Assembly (NCBI GenBank): GCA_036172245.1
Contig: JAYWIR010000057.1
Span: forward strand, 558,001-622,000
Length of the DNA: 64,000 nucleotides
Source of the DNA: Raillietiella orientalis
Taxonomy: Eukaryota
Reading direction: 5' to 3'
The position numbers were made by a program, and so were the translations under genes. The notes under the pieces were generated by a model. It saw nothing but the letters and a program-made list of their open reading frames with translations. It had not been told where the DNA came from and made no database searches. Positions 54,130 through 64,000 of this stretch are shown here, piece by piece (the stretch's first letter is position 1; the number at the start of each line of letters is the position of its first letter).

Positions 54130-57100
54130 CTCGTGTGGGGAGACCGAGAGAAAACACAAGTTGGGTAGAGCGAGTGCGTTAGGGGTCGCCGTCGCTCGCG
54201 CTCACGCACCGCCCCAGGCAGCGACCAGACCGAACTGGCCCTTCGCTCCGTGGGTTCTTTCTGGCGCACGGCGGCCTCCCAGCAGAAAGTCGCGGTGCAG
54301 CGAAGGGGCAAGGACCAGGACGCACCGGGTCGTGGGATCTGGGCGTGCCTCCTCCCCCATGCCTCTACGCGGGGGCCTCGGTCGATGGCCCAAGGCAAGG
54401 CGACTTCCTGGAGACACCTGCGCCAGAGAACCATCCGGAAGAGCCGGATGGTTCTCTGGCGAGCCATCCGGGAAAATCGTCCCGAGCTGTCGGTCGGCAA
54501 CATTTGTCTTCCTTCCTGTCCCCAGCAGATGACCACTCATCGTACCCCGTCACAATGGCGTGGCGTCACAATCGGGCGCGGGCTGGAAGAGGTTCCTGGT
54601 GATCTCTCCTGCTTCCGCACATTCAGAGGAAGAGCAGGAGGCGTGATGCAGTCGGTGGGCTGCCTACTCTCCGCCTCCTCCTTTCCCCCCATTTCCAGGC
54701 GTAGGGTCCCCGGCAACAACCTTTCGGCGTTCGTGTCCCCCCGCAAGTTCCGAACTCTCTCGGTCCTGGAGAACTCGCCAGCTCCAGAAGTCGAGCGTCC
54801 AAGAGCCGGACACTGAGGGCAGAGGACCGGATGGGTGGGTCAGGCGGGCAGTTCGCATCAGGAGCCCGAAGGGAGGAACGGATGCTACCGGCATTGCTAG
54901 GGACGATGGAAGAAACGAAGCTTGGAAAAAGGCTTTCGTCAAGGGACAGGAGGCGGTCCTGGTGACACGAGAGGCAGGGGGGTCCCGCAGAAGCATCCAA
55001 ATGAGGTAAGCGAAGTTGGCCAAGCAGTATGCGACCAACCGGCACGCTACCATCCATCCCAAGTGCCGAAATGTCCAAACGAGATGTGCATCCCATGGTG
55101 GACACTTACGATCTTAGAATTCAATCGAGCACGTTCTTCTGCGGGTACCGCCAGCAAATTTCAGACCGGCGTGCCATCGACTGAGGCAGAATCCTGAACG
55201 GAATCGTCAAAGTTCAGGGATTTTGTCAGCGAGGGCTCGTTACTCCCTCCGCTGCTCCAGACAGTCAAACTCGGGAATGAGAGGGAAGGACGACACGTTT
55301 CGGCGGGGGAGGAAGGGGGGGGATGTGATTGCTTGTAAAACTCATCCCGAAGCTTGACTGTGACGCGTCCTTTAACGGGAGCAGCATCCAACATTCGATC
55401 TCCACGACAACAGGAGTGCAGTCCTTAAATCAGCACGCCGATTATTCGAATCGTCCATTCGAAAAATCACGTATGCGGCAGTGGGCGACGTCTCTCAAAG
55501 CTGCAGATCTTTTATGGCTTCCTCGCTCTTTTTATGTATGTCTGACCGATAGATGACACGAGTTCAGCAAAGCAATCATCTCGTGAGAAAGCACTGCCGA
55601 TACACTCCATTCCTTCCGTGGTGCCACATGAGCTGTTATTTTTACATCTCTCAAGGTTGGCGCTCGTGTGCATCATCATACGTTCTTGATTATTCTTTTG
55701 GGATTGCGCGATTGTTTTTTTCTTAATATTTTTGTGCCCTTTGTTTGTGCGCCATCGGCTATATGTTTTCGCTACCGATTTCTCCTTTTCCGACTCTTTC
55801 ATTAGTGCAGTCCTCATTCCTACCGTTGAGGTTTCGGACTTTGAAGCATTGGCTTTTTGCCTCTTTCTCGAGTTTTTTTTTTTTTATTTTCGTTTTTTCA
55901 AGGGTATTCTTAGGGACTGCCTTTAGTTAATGATTGACATCATTAAGTCAGTGTGAATAATCCTGGGAGGGGGGGGGAGGCCGTTGCAGAATCCACACGT
56001 TTGGGTGATTCCCTTCTAGGAAAGCCGTGCAAAACAAATTTCCATACGTTGAATTTTTACAGCTCTGTTTTTTAAGGGAGGAAAAACCCCTATCAAGCAA
56101 AGAGCAAGATTCCCAAAGCGAGAAACGAATTTTAAGAACGCACGTCTTCTGGCACTCCCTGATTAAAAATGACATAACGGTAATTGCAGCAAATAAACTG
56201 CCGAGTGTAGACTGAGGTTAATCATGAAAACGTTTGATAAGGTCGACTTGCAAACTCCCTCAAAAGTTGGATCTTTTTACGCTGAAGTGAGGCAAATCAT
56301 ACTAACGTGAGACCCTTTTCCTTTTTTTTTTTTATGAACCAATTTTCCAGAATGGAAAGGTTTGATTTCAAGAATGACACAAAATGGCTGCGCTCCTCGG
56401 ATGAGATGGCGACCTGTCTAATTTTGGCAAAGTACCTGACCGGTGATGCCCTCGCGAAAGAACAAGAAGCAAAAAAAAAAATTAGAAAAGAAAATTGCTC
56501 TTTCTATAATGCACCGAAAATATAGATAGGCCATTCTTTCAAGCAAAATCCGAATCCTTAAAGGAGGATAACTCCCTATTCTATTCAGATGGGAAAGTCG
56601 AAAAGTTTATTGCACGGTGTTTCGTATATTCTATTGCATCTATTTTATGAAGTAGCGAGTATTCTACCACCAGTGTGGGATGAAAATCTTCCAAGTGACA
56701 AACATTTCCTCTTTTTGGTCTGAGCAAACACTGACAAATTCAGTGTTTCTTACGCCCAGCAAGGTGGCAAAATGGTTTTGCAACCTCTCTGAACTAGTCG
56801 GCACAGGAAGTGTTTCTGTCCAGTGCACCGAATTTAATTACTAAGGAAAAGTAATAAAATTATCTGTGCGTTGAAGCTGCAAGTCAAGATGCTTCCATGA
56901 GGAATCTCAGGACAGGGTGAACTCAGTGAAGCCTTTATTTTTTTTCACATTTGTGACAGGTGGTAGGACTAAACCAAATTCAGTTGGCACTAAAATTTGT
57001 ACAAAAGTGAGAGTGTGCCTGAATGAAATGAAAATCATCGGAATGAAAATGTGTCATCACTGGAAACACACAGCAGTGCACAGAACACGACAAGATGAAG

Positions 57101-58070
57101 ACAAAAGTGGTGTTGGTGCTCCTTGGGCAGTTTGTTTGGATATGGCATAAACATTGTTCCGGCAGTTCAAAGGACTTTCAGGTGCACACAAATAAATGTA
57201 AATAAACGGATGCATGTGTGCAAAATAAAGAATGCATACTTAGCTTTTGTTTATGTGTCTCATTCTGCAAATCCTAATTTTATTAGCGAACGATGCCTTG
57301 AAAAAAATCGCGCACGTATTCATGAATTAACATTTCTAATGGTGCTAACAAAAGAGCAATTGCCTCACTTTCACAAAAAGCTCCTATGGTGCAAACCCAA
57401 GGGTTTTCAATGGTGGTTTTGTGAGAGCTCCAAAAGGAATTTTGGGGTGGTGAGAGCAAAATTTGGTTGCTCGGAACGGACGTTGAAGAAAGCAAAACTT
57501 GAGATCAAAACACAGTGGAAATAAGTTCGTTTCATCTCATGGAATCATTAGTGAGGCGTGTTTTTCCTGCTACCCTTATTCTTTCCATAAAAAGCACTAC
57601 TGAGGATTTTGCATTCTCACTGGGGCAGAGGAACAGGGAAGAAAAAAAAAAAAAAAAAAGCGGCACACAGAGAGACGTAAAAATGATGATGATGATGGGC
57701 GGTGGTTAATTTCGAACTTGGGAAACTCGAATTCCGGAGGGCTTTACCGGAGCGGAGTCAACTTAAAGTCCCAATTTCTTCGGAACGCCATTTACTTGTA
57801 TCCGCACGAGAGCGCAACAATGCGTGTGACCGGGGTCAGCCCCCCCCCTTCCCTCCCCCTCGTCCCATACAGGATGCCAGTGCATCGTTTAACGTGCATT
57901 CGGATCCAGTAGCGAAGAATACAAAATGGAAGTACCACACTCAAAACATAATTAAAAAGAAAAGAAACAACGCGTGCATAGGTCGGGGCTACGTCGTCAA
58001 GCAATCTTGTTTTTTTTTTTTTGTTTTTTTTCTTTACAGTGAGCAATTCATGTAAATAATTTCCACATAC

Positions 58071-58190
58071 TTTGGCTCGACGGCAATGAGGACAGTTGGA
58101 TTTCGAGAACATTGCTATTGGATAACGTTGTATGAACCTATCGAAGATGTTGGCGGTATGGCATTTTCGAGCTTCTCTTTGGTGCTGCAT
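58071..58190 (-). CDS. Glutaredoxin, active-site exon (5' boundary uncertain)
   Basis: ..FDRFIQRYPIAMFSKSNCPHCRRAK|gtatgt: an FSKxxCPxC..AK dithiol Grx motif. Its phase-0 donor joins the 54129 exon in frame across an intron of about 3.9 kb. Confidence 0.85.
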
Positions 58191-61099
58191 GATATTTCAG
58201 TGTACTATACAACTGCCTGTGTACTCTTTCCGGGTCATGAGCAAAACTGAAATCTTGTAGCACACTAGTCACTGCATTTCACTGCATTGTTACCACATTC
58301 TAAAGAAATTGCCACATCGAGAAAAGCTAAAAATAATCATTAAAAGGATCCATCAGTACAGTTAATATCAGCGTCTCCAAAAGTTACGAACCAGGAACTC
58401 TGGGATGCACGAGGAAGAAGTCATCAGAAATCAACTTACAGAAAGTGATGCACTCGAATATTCAACACAGAAAACGTTAATGGCAAATTTCTTCAGGATG
58501 ACATCGATAATGAGTTTCTCGAACATGTCGACGATGGGAACTCTGATCATTGCAAACGCATACAGAAGGGTGGCACTATTTTTGCATCAATAGAAGTACT
58601 AGCAAATTTAGCAAACAAAAATTCATGCTGTATACATTTCTGGAGTGCAATTAAGTAATCCGATACCCGATATATAGAATGCATGCATGCATGCATGTGC
58701 CTTGGAGTTTTCTTATCCGATTCCATTTGCCTGCTTTGCGTTCCGAATCTGAAAGTGGTTCCAAGAGTGGGAGTGACAACTCAAGTTGTCTGTTGGAATG
58801 ACAGACGACTTGAGCGGTGCAACCTTCCTTCCCCTCAACCATATCTGCTATTCATTCAGCGTTCTTGCGTAGATTTGCTCCCTTCACACATTTCCCCCGA
58901 TAACTGACAAATGACGAAATAATAATAGCAATTCACTGCAGCTCATCCTGAGAAGGGAAACGGCCTATCAGCACCTCGAAAAATTCCTCTCTAGAAGAAT
59001 CTGGATTCATCCCGGGCAGGGATGGGGGATCCGGCCGAGAGGTTTTCATGATAACTGGTCAGTTTCTGCCAGCCGTACTCGGAGCTGTCTGGTCTTCTGT
59101 GGCAATCTGCTGCTGATGCTCGCTTGGATCTGAAGCGTGTGAAGACTCCCGTTGCAAAAGAAGAGAAGAGAGGAGGAAGACTAGAAGGAGGAAGACTGGG
59201 ATGGGGAGAAGTGACGAGGAGGACCGCGCGCCTGTTGGCTCGATAGCTTTCCAATCTTCATCCGCTCCGTCGTGGTCCACTCCAGCCTTACAGATGCTTC
59301 TCAGGGAAGCTGAGTTCGCCGTTCCCCGTTCGCGCACTCACTAAAGCGCTAAAGCGATGACGACCCATGCCGTTCTCCTCCCGGAAGTTCCCCGCCACGC
59401 CAAGAAAAGTGCGAGAAGGGCGAGCAGCAGCAGCGAGCCAGTGCGTGGCGGGCTCCGCATCTTTGTCGTGCCAACGGTCGTCTTTGCAGCAGCAGAAAGC
59501 CAGGAAGGCTGACTCTCTGCTCTTGCAAAGACAGCGGAGCACCCCGATGACTCCTCTTACTCCTTCGCCGTCTACACATGCAGAGCCTCCTGAAGTGCTG
59601 TGCGCTACCAAAATCCCTCTCCTTCCTCTGCAGCGCGTCTTCGGATAAATGCTGAGCACGTGCACGTCCCCCTCTTCGCTGAGGGGGGGTCCGCTGATGT
59701 CAGCTCCCTTCTCTCGCCCAAGATTTCCAGTCTCTACAAGCGTTGAGGAAGGGAGCAGAAGAGCGAATTTTCCCGACACCGGAAGGTTTCATGCTTGCGG
59801 AAAAACGGGGAACGACGGTGGAAGACTTGAATCTCCCCAAAGATGCAGGAGTCTTTCGTCTTCCTTCTTCCCCCGTCCTCTTCCTCGCCGAGTCGTCTTC
59901 GGCGATCGCTGTGAGAACAACAGCAGTCTCCTTGCAGAATCTCTCCTGCCCCCCTCACGCTCGCATCCCCCCTGGTTGTAAGCTACGCTCATGGGATGAT
60001 GAGAAACGGAAAACCTATACTCCCCTTTCTCTCTTCCTGACATCACAGTCAGGGTGACCATTCAGCGTGAGGGAAAGGGGAGAGGTCATTCGATCATTGG
60101 GACAGCTTGGTAGAAGACTGCTTCCGCGACCCAGTCTGGTCTCCATGGCGGTAATGCACTCAATAACGCTTGGCTTCTGTGTATGCATCATGCTTTGTAC
60201 CACCAGCCTGTGCATTCCCACTTGCTCATCTGGAGGCAGCACCCAAGGTCTCCAGAACAATGGTGAATTCTGTCTGGCTGGGTCGCTGCCATGTCGCCAT
60301 CGCAGACAAAACCGTCCCATCTGCAAGGGCCGTCCAGGTGAGCCGCTGCTAATTCCAGAGGAGATGCTTCAGGGTTCCCCCTATGCCATCCTCAAGATCA
60401 GCTGCGGGTCAGCAGGAGGAGAGTCCAGGAAGGGCTCTGGACACCATGAGGGTTGACTCGTAGAAACTCTTCCGGCGCCTTAGAAATAGGAGTACCAGAA
60501 CACACGTGGTGACACCTTGGCGGGTGGTTCTCCTTCCCAAAGCCTGGGACCCTTAAGGAAGGAAGAGAAGCTGCCCTCGGCCTCTCAGTCTCGGTGACTC
60601 CAGGTGCTTCTAGTCCCCACGAAATGTCCTACTAGCTAGCGAGGTCCCATGGACTCGCTTCGCTGCCCCACAATCGTCTCGCCTACGGGGTTTCCCTTTT
60701 CCCTCCCTAAGCAAACCGGATGCCAGACGGGATGGAACGTCTTTGAAGAGGACCCTGATCCATCTAGAGCTCTTGATTTGTTCCCCAGGGCACTAATATT
60801 CTTCTTCTGCTGTACAGGAAAGGAAAACACCATCGCTCCGGAGTAAAACTGCTGTGCCAAGCGCTCGCAGGGACGACCACACAGACAGGTCAGCTAGGCT
60901 TCTCGATCCAAGGTCAGAGCGGATACGGGGAAAGAGCTTCCGATCTGGGAGGGCATCTGTCGCCAGACCAGACGCAAGGACTCCCCACGTGTCATGATCC
61001 TGATGGAATTCGCCTACCGAGGCGGTTCGCTACTGTTCTGTCCCCTCCCCAAGTCACCTAGGAAACGCTTTCCTGATAGCCTGTCCTCCGGCGTGCAAC

Positions 61100-61700
61100 G
61101 AAGCTAGAGCTCCCTAGTTCAGGAAAGCGCTGTCCGCGCCCGACAGGCCGGTCCCCCGGCGTTTTGATCCACCCTGGAAGTCGTTCCCTTGAAAGGATTT
61201 TTCCCATGCGCTCACATGTGTATAGCATTCAAGCATAACATTTTTTTTACATGCTGCGTGTGCGTGTGGAGCATCGTCTGGTATTTGTTGAACTTTTACA
61301 GCGTCCAGATTTTTCTCCTTGATACTCACGAATGAACGCAGCGTAATCGAAAGGCAGTGTACAAAGACAAGTTCGAGAGCTGTACGGGGTACACAGCAGC
61401 GCAGAAAGCAAACCAAAACATCCACAGGATTACTGCAAGTGATAAGGGGCATTGATCTTGCAAGCTGATGATGTTGTGGTGCATCTGTGTACATGGAGAA
61501 TGGCATCCTTGGATGGGATACAGCATGGAAGGGGCACCCAACCTCGAAATGCACTCGAATGGGGGTGCCTGCGTGTTTTCAGAGGGGCAGCGAATTCCCA
61601 TAATCTTTTTCAGGGTGGGTGCTTCCTTTATCGTTCAAGGACACCAAGCACGCCCCTCGACATGGCGAAGTGTCTTTACACACCACGCTGTCGTCATTGA
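61100..61700 (-). mobile_element. Decayed non-LTR RT fragment
   Basis: MYTDA (DLY..-like) and LQDQCPLSLAVIL (QGCPLSPxxF-like) motifs. Boundaries approximate. Confidence 0.5.
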
Positions 61701-62329
61701 AACGCTGCATTCCCCTCATGCGCTGCAGGCTCCGTGTGGGGAAAACTGCCTATCTTTGGTCCCATAACTTTGGCTGAGCTGGCCCCAGTCTACGCAGACA
61801 TGCTTTCAAATGGTTGTGTTGCGAAAATCAAGTCTTCGCCGCCTATCTCTTACAAGAAGAGATAGGCAAGGGACTTCCAAATGCCATCACGGATGCTCCA
61901 GGGGTCGAGTGTGCGATTTGCAATACAATCATTCCTTGAGTCCAAAAACGAAGCGAGGACAAGCTGGGATCAAAAAGGATTAGATTGGTCTTATCACTTG
62001 GGATTATTTAGAAGGGTCTGATCAGCTTACAGTGGAATCTATTCGTATAGGGATGATGCTTCTCTGTTGCAGCTACCATCTTGAGGTGGTACTGGTTTGT
62101 GAACACCACTCTGTAGCATGACATTCGTTGAAGCAAGGAATGGACCTTCGAGAAATGCTTGAGACACCGGGATGGTCTGGGGGTGCATTTGTCAGAAATG
62201 GGATTCCTTGGTTCCATGGATCTATCCAAGGTTGATAAAGGCAAGCCTACCCCAAATCAAGAAATGATCCTTTAATGCCCGAAATTTATAATTCCTGTCC
62301 ACCCCCGAGTCGACCCACAGCACTGCTAC

Positions 62330-62990
62330 CCTTCCACCTCACCACACCAAGTAAAAATCCACAGTACAGCAAAGTCCTTCAGAGCACGTACATCAATCGG
62401 TCGTGGAAACAAGAGTCACAATCCTCAGTCACTCACATGATCCCATACATAGCGATTAAACTCTTCCTTCCCTTCCCTCGCCTCCCGCAAGTGGCCATCT
62501 TGCCGATAACCTTCAGCAAACAAGAAATTCACATTTCGACAAAAATAAAAAAAAAGCAACCGTTTATTCTACATCCATGCTCCACATTCTATCCCGAACC
62601 AATTCAGCCTGCGCCCTCTGCAAAATTACGAGGCAAACGATTAACCTCCGCTAAACACACAGTAAGTCGCACAATTCATTTCCCTATCTTGCAAAACACC
62701 AATCATCTCTCTACTCTTACCCTAACCTATATACACCTATATACATTACCACTCCCACAGAGGAAGTAATTATACACACCTCACGAAATTCTTCGCGTGG
62801 TGCCCTCTGCCCGAATGAGAGAGCATGCAGCATTTTAAGTTTGGAATCATGCAACGTGTTGCATGAGCAACGGGAATCAAACAGCAGCCGTAATGCCATG
62901 GAGGCCCTTGTTCATCCAAAATGCTCCATAAAAAAAAAAAAAAATTGGACCACCAAGTCTTCTGCTAACAAGCGATCTCTGATTCCATCG
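62330..62990 (-). pseudogene. nad1: Ancient NUMT of mitochondrial nad1
   Basis: With the invertebrate mitochondrial code, 62577-62657 reads CLAEVNRLPRNFAEG/AELV/NVEH, against the ND1 consensus [26 protein letters not shown]. Upstream lies an IS(Y)EVCM-like segment and downstream IMWV...DRLMYVLW (YDKLMYLAW-like). The plus strand is A/C-rich. Confidence 0.8.
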
Positions 62991-64000
62991 CTGCCGACTT
63001 CGAAAAAACCTCGTGTACTCGCCCGCTGGGAATCTCGGATTGATCCAGATCGGTGGCACAGAAAGGTTCAAGATTGGGAATTCTTCCAGCTTTCCCTTGA
63101 ATGGGGAAACATCGACTGATTTCAATACAATACAATCACTACCGTCGGGGAATAGGTATTTCGAGAAGTGATGTCATCAATCACTCAAAGATGACTTGCC
63201 TCCCTTTTGTGGGTGTGTTGTGTGTGTTTCAGGAAAATTGGCTACTGATGCAACGCTAACAGATCTGTTGAAGGCCGTGGAGAAGTCGCTATTGGCGCTG
63301 AGAAAACGAAACTGCAGCAGCCTCAAGCTCTTCTGTCAAAAACAGGAAGAAAAAAAGGAAGGCGTCTGCCCGCTGAAGTTACCACCCCAGTAACTGCAAT
63401 CGACTGATTCCTCGAGACAGATCTGCAAGCTGGCAGAAGCTGCAGAGGTAATCCGGGGAATCTTGAACACGATCCCTGAACGCGGATGGGGATGAAACTA
63501 AAGATACCATTTACTGCAGACGCCCCGAGTGCGACCCGCACAACAATGAGTCGACCCTTCAGGACCTCCAGCGTTTTCGAGTCATTCAGTTCGCATGAAG
63601 CGATTTTCCAGCCAAGTGGTGACTTGAGTGTCACTTCCGCTTTCGTCCTGAGCGAAGAAAAGAGCCACATCTTTAAAATATTTTTAGACCATTTCCTGGA
63701 GGCAGCTGACCGTAAATTTCAACAGAAATGGAACGCAGGGAAAACGAAAGATCCATTTCACAGCAGGTGCAGTCCGAAGAACATCAGCGTCTTCCTAGTG
63801 ACAGCCATAAATTCAAGTCGAAGACCAAGGTGGTCTTTATGGAAGCCAGGGCACCAATTGAAGGAAGTCAGGCGCACTCCCTTCCTACTGCGAATGGCGC
63901 AGCTTCACCGTGCTTTGATTTCTGATTTGATACCATTCACCAGAGACAGCACATCACCACGACAGAAAGCAGACTTATGCCACCTGAAAGTGTGGTGGAA

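Overview
Eukaryotic nuclear DNA, probably arthropod (inferred from the H2B N-terminus, the U2 sequence and nad1 being coded on the G/T-rich strand). Two intron-containing protein genes are supported, both on the minus strand: a Gbx/unplugged homeobox gene (2 exons, about 287 aa) and a dithiol glutaredoxin (at least 3 exons, CPHC). Most of the rest consists of decayed RLE-type non-LTR retrotransposon fragments of the NeSL/Utopia type. Among them lie a histone H2B pseudogene, a PPP4R1-like fragment, an old nad1 NUMT and a roughly 0.3 kb AT-rich, strand-skewed insert that is probably a NUMT. The most unusual item is the first 37 nt of U2 snRNA. It is cut at about the known Utopia/Keno target position and fused to an unrelated foldable sequence, inside an AT-rich island with no recognisable transposon fragments. 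All calls were made by eye; no searches were run.
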